Source: Bispira polyomma
Lineage: Eukaryota
DNA: 64,000 bases
Reading direction: 5' to 3'
Assembly (NCBI GenBank): GCA_965649765.1
Contig: OZ287752.1
Coordinates: 3,348,001-3,412,000 of the forward strand
In this document: positions 13,275 through 25,583 of the stretch, one piece after another
Layout of the letters: every line of letters starts with the position of its first letter
Numbering within the stretch: position 1 is the stretch's first letter
The notes under the pieces: model-generated
Seen by the model: only the letters and a program-made list of their open reading frames with translations
The model's database searches: none
What the model was told of the DNA's origin: nothing
Translations under genes and position numbers: made by a program

Positions 13275-16200
13275 ATTTACCACATTACACAGTACACTAT
13301 GTGTATTTCGGCGATAACTACCTAATAAGTGGCTAAATATTGGTGTGGTGATAACATAAAGCAGGAATTCCAGTTATTTGGTTAAGTTAAAAATTTAAGT
13401 GCAAAAACACCGTAGTGTTACACTGCACTTTTAAAATTAATAAATACATTAAATATATACAAACAACATTAACATTAAACAAACGAAACAATGACTAGAT
13501 CAGAGAATGAAATACAAAAAATATAAAATATAACAAATAAATACAAAATATAAATATAACAATACTACAAACAAGACTAGACTATAAAAAAAAGCAAAGA
13601 AATCACAGACAACACAATAAATTAACTCTTATTAACAGAATAAATTACTTAACTATAGCTTAAAACTTATAAAACAAAGCACATTCATTAAATAATTAAA
13701 ATACTATTTACATTCCTATTTAATAAATCTTTCATATTGTTAACATTAAAATGCTTTTTTCGAAAGTCATGTAGGTCGATACTGTTACGGTCACGGGAGC
13801 AAGTGCGGTAGCAATTACCGGTTGCTTTGAGGTTGAAACAGGAAAAGACAAAAAGTTTCACTTAACAAATTTATTTAACAAATAAAATAAGAATTACAGA
13901 ATTACAGAATTACAGTCAACTGAGATACCCTTAATAGTTCACACAATAATTCAATAATGAAATCAATCTGACCTGACCACAATCCTGTCCACTTAAATAA
14001 CGATTAAACAAGTTTGTCCACTGTATCCAGCAATCTGTCTTGAGATCCGCTCAATGTCCACACAATGCCTGTATCCTGTTATCTGTTCAGTGTCCACGAA
14101 CACAAAATGTATATATCCAGAGAGTCTGCACAACTAAGCTATCCAGTCCAGGATGCAAACAATATCCAGTATGCAGCAAATCCAATCTCTGGTAGATCCA
14201 CAACTGTATATCCAGTTCACTCCAATGAGTTCACCACAAAATGTATATAACAAACAGTTTATATCCACAGGAGAAGAAATAAAATATTTCACAGTATAGT
14301 AGTTCATATAGCAGTTCATATAGCACCTCAGCTCAATAGTCTCTGGTCTGTGGCCAGGCTGTCAACCCTTATATATACAACTGCTAGAGAAGGCTCTAGA
14401 ATATGTAAGCAATCGCTAGGACATTTCAGAGATGAGATATACATATGAATACAACTTTAATAACCTTCAGAAACAAAATAGAACCGGCTTCTAGAAGCTT
14501 AGGGGTTTCCCCAATTCTATAAATAGATCACTCTAGCAGAGTGCTTTAACATACCACAATGTCCTTATATGTAACAATACAGTCTAACAAAATATGCCTG
14601 ACTGTATCGGGACAATGACAAGGAATGCACCAGGGCATATCCTCACCTTTTAACAGATAACTTAGAGTAAAATAGGTGTGTACTATACGGGCTCGAGTAA
14701 TAACTATTTCTTCCCTACGAGATAAACCCGTCCAAAAATTAAAATCTCCAACTGTAGGGTTTATTTGAAATAGTTTATCAGGACACGCATTCCATTGGGC
14801 TTGCCACTTTTGTTTAAAAACACTATTTACATTAACTTTAAAGTCTGTATAGGGGACTTTCAAGTCTAAAATGTTAACATTCAATGCTTGTTGGCAAGCT
14901 TGTCTGCCACTTCATTGCCCTTAATACCTACATGACTAGGAACCCATGCTAAAACTACTTTTCTGTTCACTGACAAACACTGATTAAAAACCTTTAAAAT
15001 ATCCTGTAAATAGGGATGATCACAGTTCTTGCCATCAATGGCTTTCAAACTAGATAGTCAGTGAATACAATAAACTTTAACCCCTTACAATTTCTAATAA
15101 TGTTAAATGCCATTTTCAGAGCCTGCAATTCAGCTGTGAATATATTAGCATTGCCAGGTAATCTAACTTGGGCACTGAAGACATTTGATGTTGCTGCTGC
15201 AGATACTTTGTTTTTATCTTTAGAACCATCAGTATATATTGCCCTGTGGTCAGAATAACAGTTGTTCAACTAGCCAAAGAGATTTTGAAATAAATATTCG
15301 TCTCCTATATGTTTTTTATTTTGTGCCAAGTAGTAATCAATGTGTGGTTTTTGTATAGTCCAGGGTGGGTCTTCTGGCAATGACACAGTCTGAATTAAAT
15401 CCAACCGAGGACAGACAGCAGCTAAGTCTGCCTTAATACGATGCCCAAATGATCTTATAGTAGATGGTTTATTTTCATACTTATATATGTACTGAGGGTT
15501 ATATACTACTTCATAGGTTGGATTTTAAGGATTACTTCTCAACTTTATTGCATACTGAACACACAGTTTATGAAATCTCAGGTATAATGGTGGTTCATTA
15601 GCTTCTACATATAAGCTTTGCATTGGAGAAGTCCTGAAGGCTCCTATGCATATTCTTAAGCCCTGGTTTTGAATGGGTTCCAATTTTCTCAAATAAGAGT
15701 TACGGGCAGAGCTAAAAACTGCACAACCATATTCTATCCTTGATCTAACAAAAGATCGATACATCCTAAGTAGTACACTTCTGTCCGCACCCCAATCCAT
15801 TTTTGAGACTACTTTTAATAAATTCATTGCTTTATCACATTTCTTACACACACAGTCAATATGTGCTTTAAAATTCAACTTGTTATCAAGTATAATGCCA
15901 AGAAACTTTGTTTGTGTTACTACAGGTATCTGAGTACCATATAATGTCAATGTAGGATCAAGATGGAGTTTTCTTTTGTTACAGAAGTGCATGCATACTG
16001 TTTTAGTTTTAGAAAATTTAAAACCATTTTCATCAGCCCATTTTTCAATTTTATTCAGGCATAGCTGTAATTGGCTATCTATAAAGGCCATATTATTCAA
16101 TGTTATTGAAAGGTCATCAACAAAGAGAGACTTTTCAAAGTTGGATGGAATAATATCACTTATACTATTGATTTTTAAAATAAACAAAGTAACATCAAGT

Positions 16201-18908
16201 ATACTTCCTTGAGGAACACCCATTTCTTGATTTTGCATATCTGAATAAACTGATCCCAGACGAACTTTAAAAACTCTATGGGATAGAAAATTCTGAATAA
16301 AAACAGGCATTCTACCACGAAGCCCTGCCTTATACAAATCTCTGGCAACACCATATTTCCAAACAGTATCATATGCTTTTTCTGGATCAAAAAATACTGA
16401 AACTACATGGTTGCCTTTTAAAAATGAATTTCTAATTAAAGATTCAAGTCGAACTAATTAGTCTGTTGTAGTTCGACCTTTTCTAAAACCACTTTGATGT
16501 ACACTTAAAATGTTTTTTTTTTCCAAGAAACCAAACCAATCTTGCATTTATCATTCTTTCCATGGTCTTGCACAAGCAGCTCGTCAAAGATATGTGACAG
16601 TAATTGGAGGGGTTTTGTGGGTCTTTACCAGGCTCAGGAATGGGTATAATAGTTGCTTCTTTCCAGCATTCAGGGATTTCACCAGTTATCCATATTTCAT
16701 TAAATATTTCTAATAGTACCATAAGTGAATCCCTTGGTAAATGTTCAAGTAATTGATAATGTACTTCATCAGGCCTTGTGGCTGTATCATGAGACTTTTT
16801 AATGCATCTATTAATTCTGATACATTAATCTCCATGTTATAATTTTCATGGTTTCTTGATGTAAAATTAAGCTTTTCTTTTTCAGCCTTTTCCTGATATT
16901 TCTAAAACTTAACAGAGTAATTATTACTGCTGGAATTTTTGCTTATTTCTTGTGCCAACATATTTGCTATATCTCCTCTTTCTGTTATTTTACTTCCATC
17001 AGTATTTACTAGATGTCTTACTGTTGTATTATTTTGCCTCCTGTTTATTTTCCTAAGCATTTCCCATACCTTTTTGGCTGAAGTATTTGTATTTAGGTTT
17101 GATATGTATTCCTTCCAGGAGTTTCTTTTGGCTGCTTTAATTACACTCCGAGCCTTAGCCCTGCAGTTTGTATATTCATTTATATTTGCTGATGTTGGAT
17201 TTATTCTGCATTTATCTAGGGCTTTCTAACAAGCTTTAAGGACCCTTTTACATTCATCATTAAACCATGGTTTAAAACTACCAGTGGATTGTCCTGTGGA
17301 TTTAGGTATACTTTTTGTGGCTGTGTCATTCAATTTACTCACAAAAACAGGAAACTTGTCACTCAAATTTCGAAATGTATGTCTATTAATTTCAAGTGAG
17401 CAATGTAGCTGATATTTTACCCAATCAGCCTTTTTAATGCTCCAACAGGGTACATTGTCTCTTGGTATATTTTTAACTATATCGATTAGAATTGGGAAAT
17501 GATCACTACCACATTGGTCACTGTGAACTTGCCAAGTAAAGTCAAGGAATATTGAATTGGAACATAATGATAAATCTATTGCAGTTAAAGATCCTGTAGC
17601 TGGATGTAGATATGTAGGAGAATAGTCATTGAGTAAACAAACACCAGGTGAGTCTAATATATGCTCAATCTTTTCCCCTCTACTATCATAGTGATTTGAA
17701 CCCCACAACTCATTATGGGCATTAAAGTCACATATTAATAAAAATGGTTGTGGCAGTTCATTGACTAGATTATCTAAGTTTTTCTCTGTAACTGTACAAC
17801 TTGGTGGAATATATATACAACATATAGTTATTGTTTTGTGTTGAGATACTTTAACTGCTACGGCTTGTAACTGTGTAGTTAAGGAGATTACTTCATGTGG
17901 CACACCTTTTTAACAAATAATGAGCAACCTCCAAACACTCTTCCATTAACTTCTGAAACACTAGTTTTGTAAGAGTGATCAAAGCCTCTCAATTTGTAAT
18001 TGTCGTCTTTGAAATATGTTTCCTGCAAAGCTAAAATGTATGGACTAAAATCAGAAATTGAATGTTTAATTTCTTCAAAATTTGGCTTTTAGCCACGACA
18101 GTTCCACTGGATAATGTGTTTTTGGTTTGGTTTTATTATTTAATTTTATATACAATTTTGACTCCGGGGTCTTCCTCTATTATTTTGTGGTGGTAGATCA
18201 ACCATCATTTCATTATCATCCTCACCATCTGAGTAAAGAGTATCTTGTTTATTATATTGTTTAATAAGATCATTTGACCCTTTTAAATTTCTGTTTCCTG
18301 TTTTGACAGCTAAGTTTCTATTGAGAATTACCTAACTCTGGTTATTTGTCACTTTGACTGATTCATTTTGTGATTTGGTTTCTTCAGTTTGACTTGAAGA
18401 TGTAACTTTGTTTAAAACTACTTTTGAATCCTTTTCATTTGTTGCTTGTGGTAATTTTTTTGGGACTTTTTAATGTTTCTGGCCAAGTCATATCTGTCTG
18501 AGTTGGAGCAAAGTGTCACAGATTTTGTCACTTGGGCATATGATGTTTTTACACTATTAAATATTGATATTTGTTTCTTGGCTTCTGTATAAGATATACC
18601 TCTTTCAGTTTTGATTTTTTGGATTTCTTTTTCTTCCTTCCATTTTGGGCAAGTTTTGTCAGTAGCCGTATGATTTCCCTCACAATTAATGTACTTGGCA
18701 TCATTTTCACATTCATGTATATCTGTATGATTCTCACTACCACATTTTGGGCACACTTCTTTTCTTCTACATGTAAATTTTGTATGACTAAATTTTTGGC
18801 ATCTGAAGCACCTCATTGGATTTGGAAGAAACACTGACACAGGCATTCGCACATAACCCACCCTGGTGTATTTTGGCAGAACTTGGCATGCAAAAGTCAA
18901 TATGAAAG
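13275..18908 (-). mobile_element. I-group (I/Nimb-like) LINE, 5'-truncated and decayed: ORF1 with zinc knuckles; ORF2 APE-RT-RNase H-CCHC
   Basis: ORF1 CFRCQKFSH..C / CPKCGSENH..C / NCEGNH..CP (18418-18900); APE DFNAHN..GSDHFPI (17226-17903); RT GVPQGS..LFVDD..KFLG (15525-16720); RNase H IYTDGSK..AELQA..FTD (15045-15269); CIPCHC..HILLDC. 3' boundary approximate. Confidence 0.93.
13783..14576 (-). mobile_element. Solo LTR (794 bp), probably Gypsy-type, inserted in the LINE zinc-finger coding region
   Basis: Termini tgttac...gtaaca; exact 4-bp TSD atac (13779-13782, 14577-14580); TATA-like tatatataagg and aataaa on minus strand; removal restores LINE reading HILLDC-IDLHDFRKKHF; homologous copy at 36942-38522. 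Confidence 0.92.
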
Positions 18909-21589
18909 TCCCACAGGGGGATCCAGTTATTTGGGTGATAATACAAGATATTATGTTTACTAGACGTTCATTGTCTAGCTGACATTACGTACACACGGTG
19001 GCACTTTGTGTGTGATACTAAATAAGCACGATGCTTTGACCTATAACAGGTCATTAGTGTTAAACATGTTGTTGTCATATTTGGGCTTGTTATCCTTTTG
19101 TTAGGGTTACTATTTACACTTGTTATCACATCAAACTAATTGTTACTTTTTCTATTGTTACTTTGTTACTACGATAACTACATCAACTATACACATTACA
19201 GTGTTGAAGCATTAACCCGTCAACCATTATAGGTGACGTTAGAGCAATATGCTTACATTTTTATTTGATTGCAAATAACTGTTCAGACATTTCGTTGCTT
19301 ATAAAAGAAAGGGCCAAAAGGGTCGAAGTATAAAAGAAAGGGCCAAAATAGCCCTTTAGCATATATGAACTAAAATACGAGGGTATGCGGATGGGTCGGG
19401 AAATTCTTGATGCTCTCTCTCCTGTATAATTTTTACAAGTGATTGATATTCCTAGCTTGTGGGGACAACAGAAGTCAGCTGGCCATGTGCTTTAACAACT
19501 CCAGCCTTTGCAGACACTTTCAGTGGGCCACTTTTCACTAAAATGCGCTTATGGGGTTTTAGTTTACCTTTCTTGAATAACAAGGACAGCCTTTGGACAT
19601 GTGTTTGATCACTCAGTCTACCAGACAGCTGTTTAGTGGGCTACTTCCACAAATTGTTGTCTATGACTCTCAAGTATATTTCTTGATTTACAAGGTGACC
19701 AGCATAATATCTTTAAACCCTTTTTCGGTCACTTGTGGTTAATTTTCTTTTTGCAATATCCTCTGCCCTAGGACTGAGAAGGAATACTACTTCATACGTA
19801 TTTTCAATATTAAATTGAAAGTGGATACTTTATCTGGGGATAGAGAGGATCAGTTTGGAAATGTTTACACTTGAGGGAAAAAATCAAAGATTGGAAAAAG
19901 AGGTTGAAAGCTTGTCAATAAAGGTAGAAGATTTACAATGAAAGGACATTGGACTTTTTTTTTAACAATATCAATTGGGAATATCCCACCAAACTAGCAA
20001 TATGGCCGACTCTAGCGATATACCTTCTTTTAGCAATACATGTATACCCAAAACTGGCTGGATCTCTTGCAAATCCACGTTGTCAAAGCAGAAAAATTCA
20101 ACGAGGAAGCACACAAGCTGTTTTATTGTGAAGTGGAAACACTGTCAACAACTAATTAAAGATATATAAATTAATAAACATGTAGCCTACTCAGGTTTTA
20201 CACCTTTTCCATGAAGAATTATTGATATAAATGCTGTTTTAAAGCTGCATGTCGTAAATATAAATGTCAACATCCACCACGGCCATTTTTTACTAGCAAG
20301 TCTGGTTCTCATTGTTATCTTCAAGGGCGGAGCCCTGAGAGATCATGTATTGGGCGCATGTGTTTTGGCTGTAGACAGCAATATCTACCAGTTCGGTTCA
20401 TTATTTTTAACTTAATATTGAAAGTTACATGTGGTTGGTACTGAGGACGAGTCAGATACATTTATTTTTTTTATTTTGTTTGTAAAACAAGATTTGCGCT
20501 TTGACCTACTAATTACTGAATATTTTATTATATTATTTTTCTGTGGACCCAATCCCTGTTGAAGGTTTCAAAAGGAATGTGTATATATATATGACAAAAC
20601 ATTAGATTTGAGAAGATATATAACATATATGTACATACTTTGATTGATGGGTGTTTGTGGCTGTAAGGAATGTAAAATTTGCCACCATCTGAAAATTCTC
20701 CACTTAAAAATGTTGTGTTTTGCTTAGAATTGTGGTTAATATTTGCTTAAATTGAGATTTGTATGACTAATTTGCGTTCCTTACCAGTAATTTTTGCCAG
20801 TTTTTATTTAATTGGCTTAAATTTTAGGGGTGGCGAATTTTAGATACAGAAGCAAATTTTAGATTCCTCACTGTACCAAGCTCAGAAAAAAGATATGGTG
20901 AACCCAATATATTGCATATAGGTTAATTGGAGAAAATTTTAAGGAAAAAAAATCACAGAAGCTTTTTCTGTCACAATATGAACTAACCATAAGGGGTCAT
21001 AAATGGACTGCTTTATGGCAGGAAATATATATTTTTTGTTTGGTAACAATTATAATTGAATTAAGTGTACCGGTGTAGTGCAAAAAAAGTGTGTGCAGAT
21101 GCAAAATATGGCAAGGGGGCTGAGATACCCATTTTATGACTACACAACGTACTTTCAAATGCACTTCCTCATGGGCAGCCACTGTGGATGCCAAGGTGCT
21201 TGAAGATGACCATTTATCAACGTCCCTAAGGATCTTCATACTGCCACTGGAGATATTACTTGGTGACAGAGGACCGGCTTTTTAAGTGGTCATCATTAGA
21301 TATAACACAAACGTGTTGAAAGTTGTATTAAACCCAAACTAAACTCCTATAATTTTGATGACAATGGGTTTTGTATTGATCTCTACCTTTCAATTGTAGC
21401 CATATTTTTTCACTGACGGTATAAACATCTCTATCGCTCTATCTCCCTCTCTCTAGAGGTTTCTATAATTATAATTAGCTGACTTACGTAGCTTGTGTAA
21501 AAAGTCTCCAGTCTCAGAATTGTTTGTGGTAGCCATTTTTGCACAATTTTATGTTCACGAATCTTTAAAAGTGTTCGCATATCTTCTTT

Positions 21590-22900
21590 TCACAGCTAGA
21601 AAAAAGAATAAGCAATGGTGGACTGAAACTACCCTAGATTATGTTTTTTCATCATACATTGGAGTTAAACTGGATTAAAAGGCTAATTACATATGACGGC
21701 ACATGGCAACAACTCTTTTAAAGTGAAAACATATGTAAAAATAAAAATAAATTTTTGGAATTAGATATTGCAAAACTTAAAAGATGCACAGAAACAAAAT
21801 TAGTAATTCATTGTGGAAAGCAATTGTCTCATTCTGGATAGAATATCTAGAAAATTATACACAACCAATTGACCACAGTTGTTTTGTAAAATGGTATTTC
21901 ATATATTAATGATCTTTTGGACGAAACAGGTCAATGTTTAGGGTAAGTCAGTTTTGTAAACTATATGACGTCGATATCAATTTTGTGGACATTTATAATC
22001 TCATACATTCTGTACCAGGTAGGGGTGCGATCGTCCCCCATTTTGCAGATCGAGTGTCAAGCCTACAATAGCGAGTTGAACTCGAGTTGGACTCGAGTAG
22101 CCAACACACCAGTAATCACAAACGTCTATCCGTCACAAATCCGTGTACCCGCGAATTTAGTATGAACCACTCTCAGATACCAGTCTAGAAATATGGCGGC
22201 TGATATAAACAAACGCAAAACCAAAATGACAAATATGTGGTGGAATATTGGAAATTAAAAGGAAAATGTATATTAGCTGTAAGAATTAGGCCTAAACTAT
22301 TGTTTTTATCTGTTTTGGATGTACATGTGAGAACTCAAGTGATAGTGTATGGACTTGATGTATGCTTCCATTATCGCCCAACGAGTACTACCAGGTAGTG
22401 CAAAATACAATACAATGATAAGTTGAAGAAAAATGTAATAAAACAAGAACCATTAGAACATTTGTTAAAAGTTTCAAAAATTTGCAAAGACGTTTACTGG
22501 ACAATTCTTGATAGCAAAACTGAAGAAAGATCCCATATTTCAAAATATGCTATGTGAAACCTTGAATACCGAGAATATGCCTAAAATTTATACAGCCAAT
22601 TTTAGATGCACAATGAAAGCAAAGATAAGAGCATTTCAGTATAAAATTATGCTTATGCACAGAATACTGCCAATTGAAATTTTTTTTAAATAAAGTATAT
22701 AACACCGAAATCTTGAAAAATAAATGGCAGCCTATAATGTTTTGCCTAAAAGATTGAAAATCTTTTTTTTCTTCCACAAATTAAGTGTTTATACATTAAT
22801 ATTGGTCTCAAACATGAATTTCAAACCTCATTTTGTACTGACCATTCAACATATTTTAACTGTAACAAAGTCTTAGTTTTTGTAACAATAATTATTCATA
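21590..22900 (+). mobile_element. L1/Tx1-type LINE ORF2 C-terminal fragment, decayed
   Basis: NGGLKLP (~21612), INDLLDETGQ (~21905), KIRAFQYKIMLMHRILP (zf-RVT region, ~22622-22672). Confidence 0.65.
22020..22388 (+). mobile_element. Insertion with a hAT-like left end inside the L1/Tx1 fragment
   Basis: Starts taggggtgcgatcg; CpG-rich ctcgagt repeats; flanked by direct repeat taccagg(tag) at 22013 and 22389; no matching right TIR. Confidence 0.4.
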
Positions 22901-22989
22901 GTTTAAAAATCCACTCCCCCCGAAAAGGTATTGTTTTCCTAATTATTTTGTATTGATTAATATCCTATATCCAGGTGTCTCATAATTTC

Positions 22990-24860
22990 TTCTTGTTAAA
23001 TGTTTTTATTTGGTATTTGTCAAATATTATTTGATTACAAATCAAAGATATATTTGGGTGTCGTCAAAAGAAATGTGATGGGTGACATTTAAATAAGAGA
23101 TTATGTTAGCCTACGCTTCCTTTTAGCACATTCCGACGTTGTGCTTTCTTTCATCCGATATATACTCCAAATTGGTCGGATATTGACGTTAAAAATGGCA
23201 TAAGAAAGCTTATTTTTATTGTGATTAATGTGATTTTTTCTACCAAAATTCGTTGAGAAACGGCTGAAATATATATAGTTAAATAAGGGTACCCATTTTT
23301 CTATTTCCGGATGTGTACAAAACTACAAAAAGCTACAAAACTGAGGTCATTATGACGTAAGTGTGACGTATTATTCACAGTAGAAAGAGAGGTTAAATAG
23401 AATACCCATCTAAAACTTAAATATCTGAGCTGTTTCTGAATGAATTATGGTGGGAAAAAAGCTCAGTAATCACAATAAAATAAGGTTTCTCATGGCTTTT
23501 GGAACTTCAACATCCGACTAATATTGAGTATATATGGGATGAAAACTATACATATGAAAAGGGTTTTGCAACCATTTTTTCGGCCGACATCTTATCTGTT
23601 GCAAATATCCTGAAAGGAAGCACTTGGTAGTATTGTGTATTGACCCAAAAAATTGGCCGAGGCCGTTCGACGTCAGCCGTCATCGGCCGAGAAAAACATG
23701 CTGAAAGGAATCGTAGGCTTACTGAGGGGAGTGGTGTACATAGTTAAGAGGAGAGGGCCTAATACAGAAACTTGTGGGACATTATTGGGGAGTGAGAAAG
23801 CTTCTAAAAATTGATCACCAAGAATGCTGCTATTAATGCCAAACCAATCATTCTCACATTTGAAGAAGGTAGTATGGTCGATGGTATAAAAGGCAGCAAA
23901 AAGGTCCGACTACTCTGCCATCATCGACAGAAGCAGAGATATCATTATGAATTTTCAAGTGGGTGGTTTCAGTGGAATGAAAGCATCTGTATGCTGATTG
24001 ATGTATATTTAAGGTGCCTTCATGGACAATGAAATCAACTGCTTTGCCACTGCTTTCTGAAGGATGTCAATACATTCCTTTACCAAGGAATTAGATCCAG
24101 ATCGCAGGACTTATTTGGGGGGTACTGAATAATTATAAGGATTTTTTCCTCGAACACATTACGAGTAGATAAAAGTGTTGGGTATAGTTGGTGGGTATGG
24201 TAAGGTTTTGGAAGATGATGACAAGCTGGATTTAGGTTTGGTAATTTTCTTAGACAAAAATTTACCAAAAATATTTGCCAAGTTTGCCACTGGTTTGCAG
24301 TCAGATAGTATAACTGTACAGGATTTGTGGAGTATTTTTTTTATTAAGTCCCACAATGCCTTTGAGTTATTGTGGTATTCATTTACAAGGTTAGCTTAAT
24401 GGTGTAATAGTGTAATGTTTGAAATGTTCAGGCATATGATTATAGCTATTTACCACAGCGCCATACCTAGTAGAGTTTATCCGAGTGTTGAGGAAATTTT
24501 CTTTGGCTTGCTGGTGCATGTATTTAATAGGTCTCGGAGCGGATAAAGTACTGGTGACTGAAAAGACTGGCAGTTTTATGTGGGCACTTAATGAGGCCTG
24601 AGTTTGTAGCATCAGTCTTGAACTCCTAAACATTTATTTTGTTTAGCTTACGAATTTTTTCATGTATGTATTTGCGTACGACTCTGGCTAGAAAGTCTAT
24701 AGTTAAGACTATTGCAAGGTGATGTAATAGGTCGCTGATGAAACAAAGATAAATAGTACCAGAAAAAAACTTTTGGGCACAGAGCACATCTATGCTGCTG
24801 CCACATAAAGGTGAACTCTTTGAAATAAAGAAAAGTAAGTAATCAATTGGCATTGTTATC
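22990..24860 (-). mobile_element. L2/CR1-group LINE ORF2 fragment, decayed
   Basis: LWDLIKKILHK..LANIFGKF, NKSCDLDLIP, and VPQVSVLGPLLLTMYTTPLS|NIISYLNVTHHISFDDTQIY after removing the MITE. Confidence 0.8.
23109..23718. mobile_element. PIF/Harbinger-type MITE with internal foldback
   Basis: TIRs gcctacgcttccttttagca / tgctgaaaggaatcgtaggc; TTA TSD (23106-23108, 23719-23721); removal restores the RT frame; ~400-bp imperfect palindrome ~23147-23545. Confidence 0.85.
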
Positions 24861-25583
24861 CACTTTCACCACCACATCCTAGTATTCTTCTCATTTACTT
24901 CATTTAATCTCTTCCAGCAACTGGCAAAACCTGACATAACTATGGCCTCACTAGAATGACACATAATAGTGAAATGGATCAAACCACTCCAATTCAGATA
25001 TACCATCAAAATAGTGAAAGTTTCATCATTTCATGTATTCCCGATCTGCTAAGTTAAGGCTACCAGGAACACTATTGTAATCAGACTTGGTTTCAACAAT
25101 CACCAATTGTTCAAAATATAATTAAATTGCAAGTGCCTCTCCCTTAAAAGACCCCACAAAAACCTTCACTCCATATAAGACTTCGAATTCCACAATCAGG
25201 TATTACATTTCTATTCCTTGCTCTGGCACTACTTTGACATTCAAGCAGTTTGTCCCCCTTGAAGATATTAAAAGTCATAAATCTTACTTCCTAGTTGCTA
25301 TATTATATACTTTAAAAACCAACTATGCCCATTCTATAAAGGTCAACATGAGGTCAAAGGTATAAGAGCCACTGGAAATGGATGTACCTAATTGTTAACT
25401 GTAGTTAACCCAATTCACCATGATTGGATCGTCTGTTTTGACATAAGTCATTTTATTTAACTACAATGCAAATAACATGCTGTGTCTGAAAGTCATGGAT
25501 CAATATAACATAAACATTTGATTATGCACCAACATACTATGCAGCGTATCTACAATTTTAGCAACCCTGTATATGATGTCTTG

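Noticed and set aside
14065-14250. 61-aa ORF conserved with 38063-38248
   Set aside because: Both lie antisense within copies of the same LTR; similarity is explained by the repeat
19500-20170. Coding-like fragments including a coiled-coil-like stretch
   Set aside because: Too disrupted to assign; no diagnostic motif recognised
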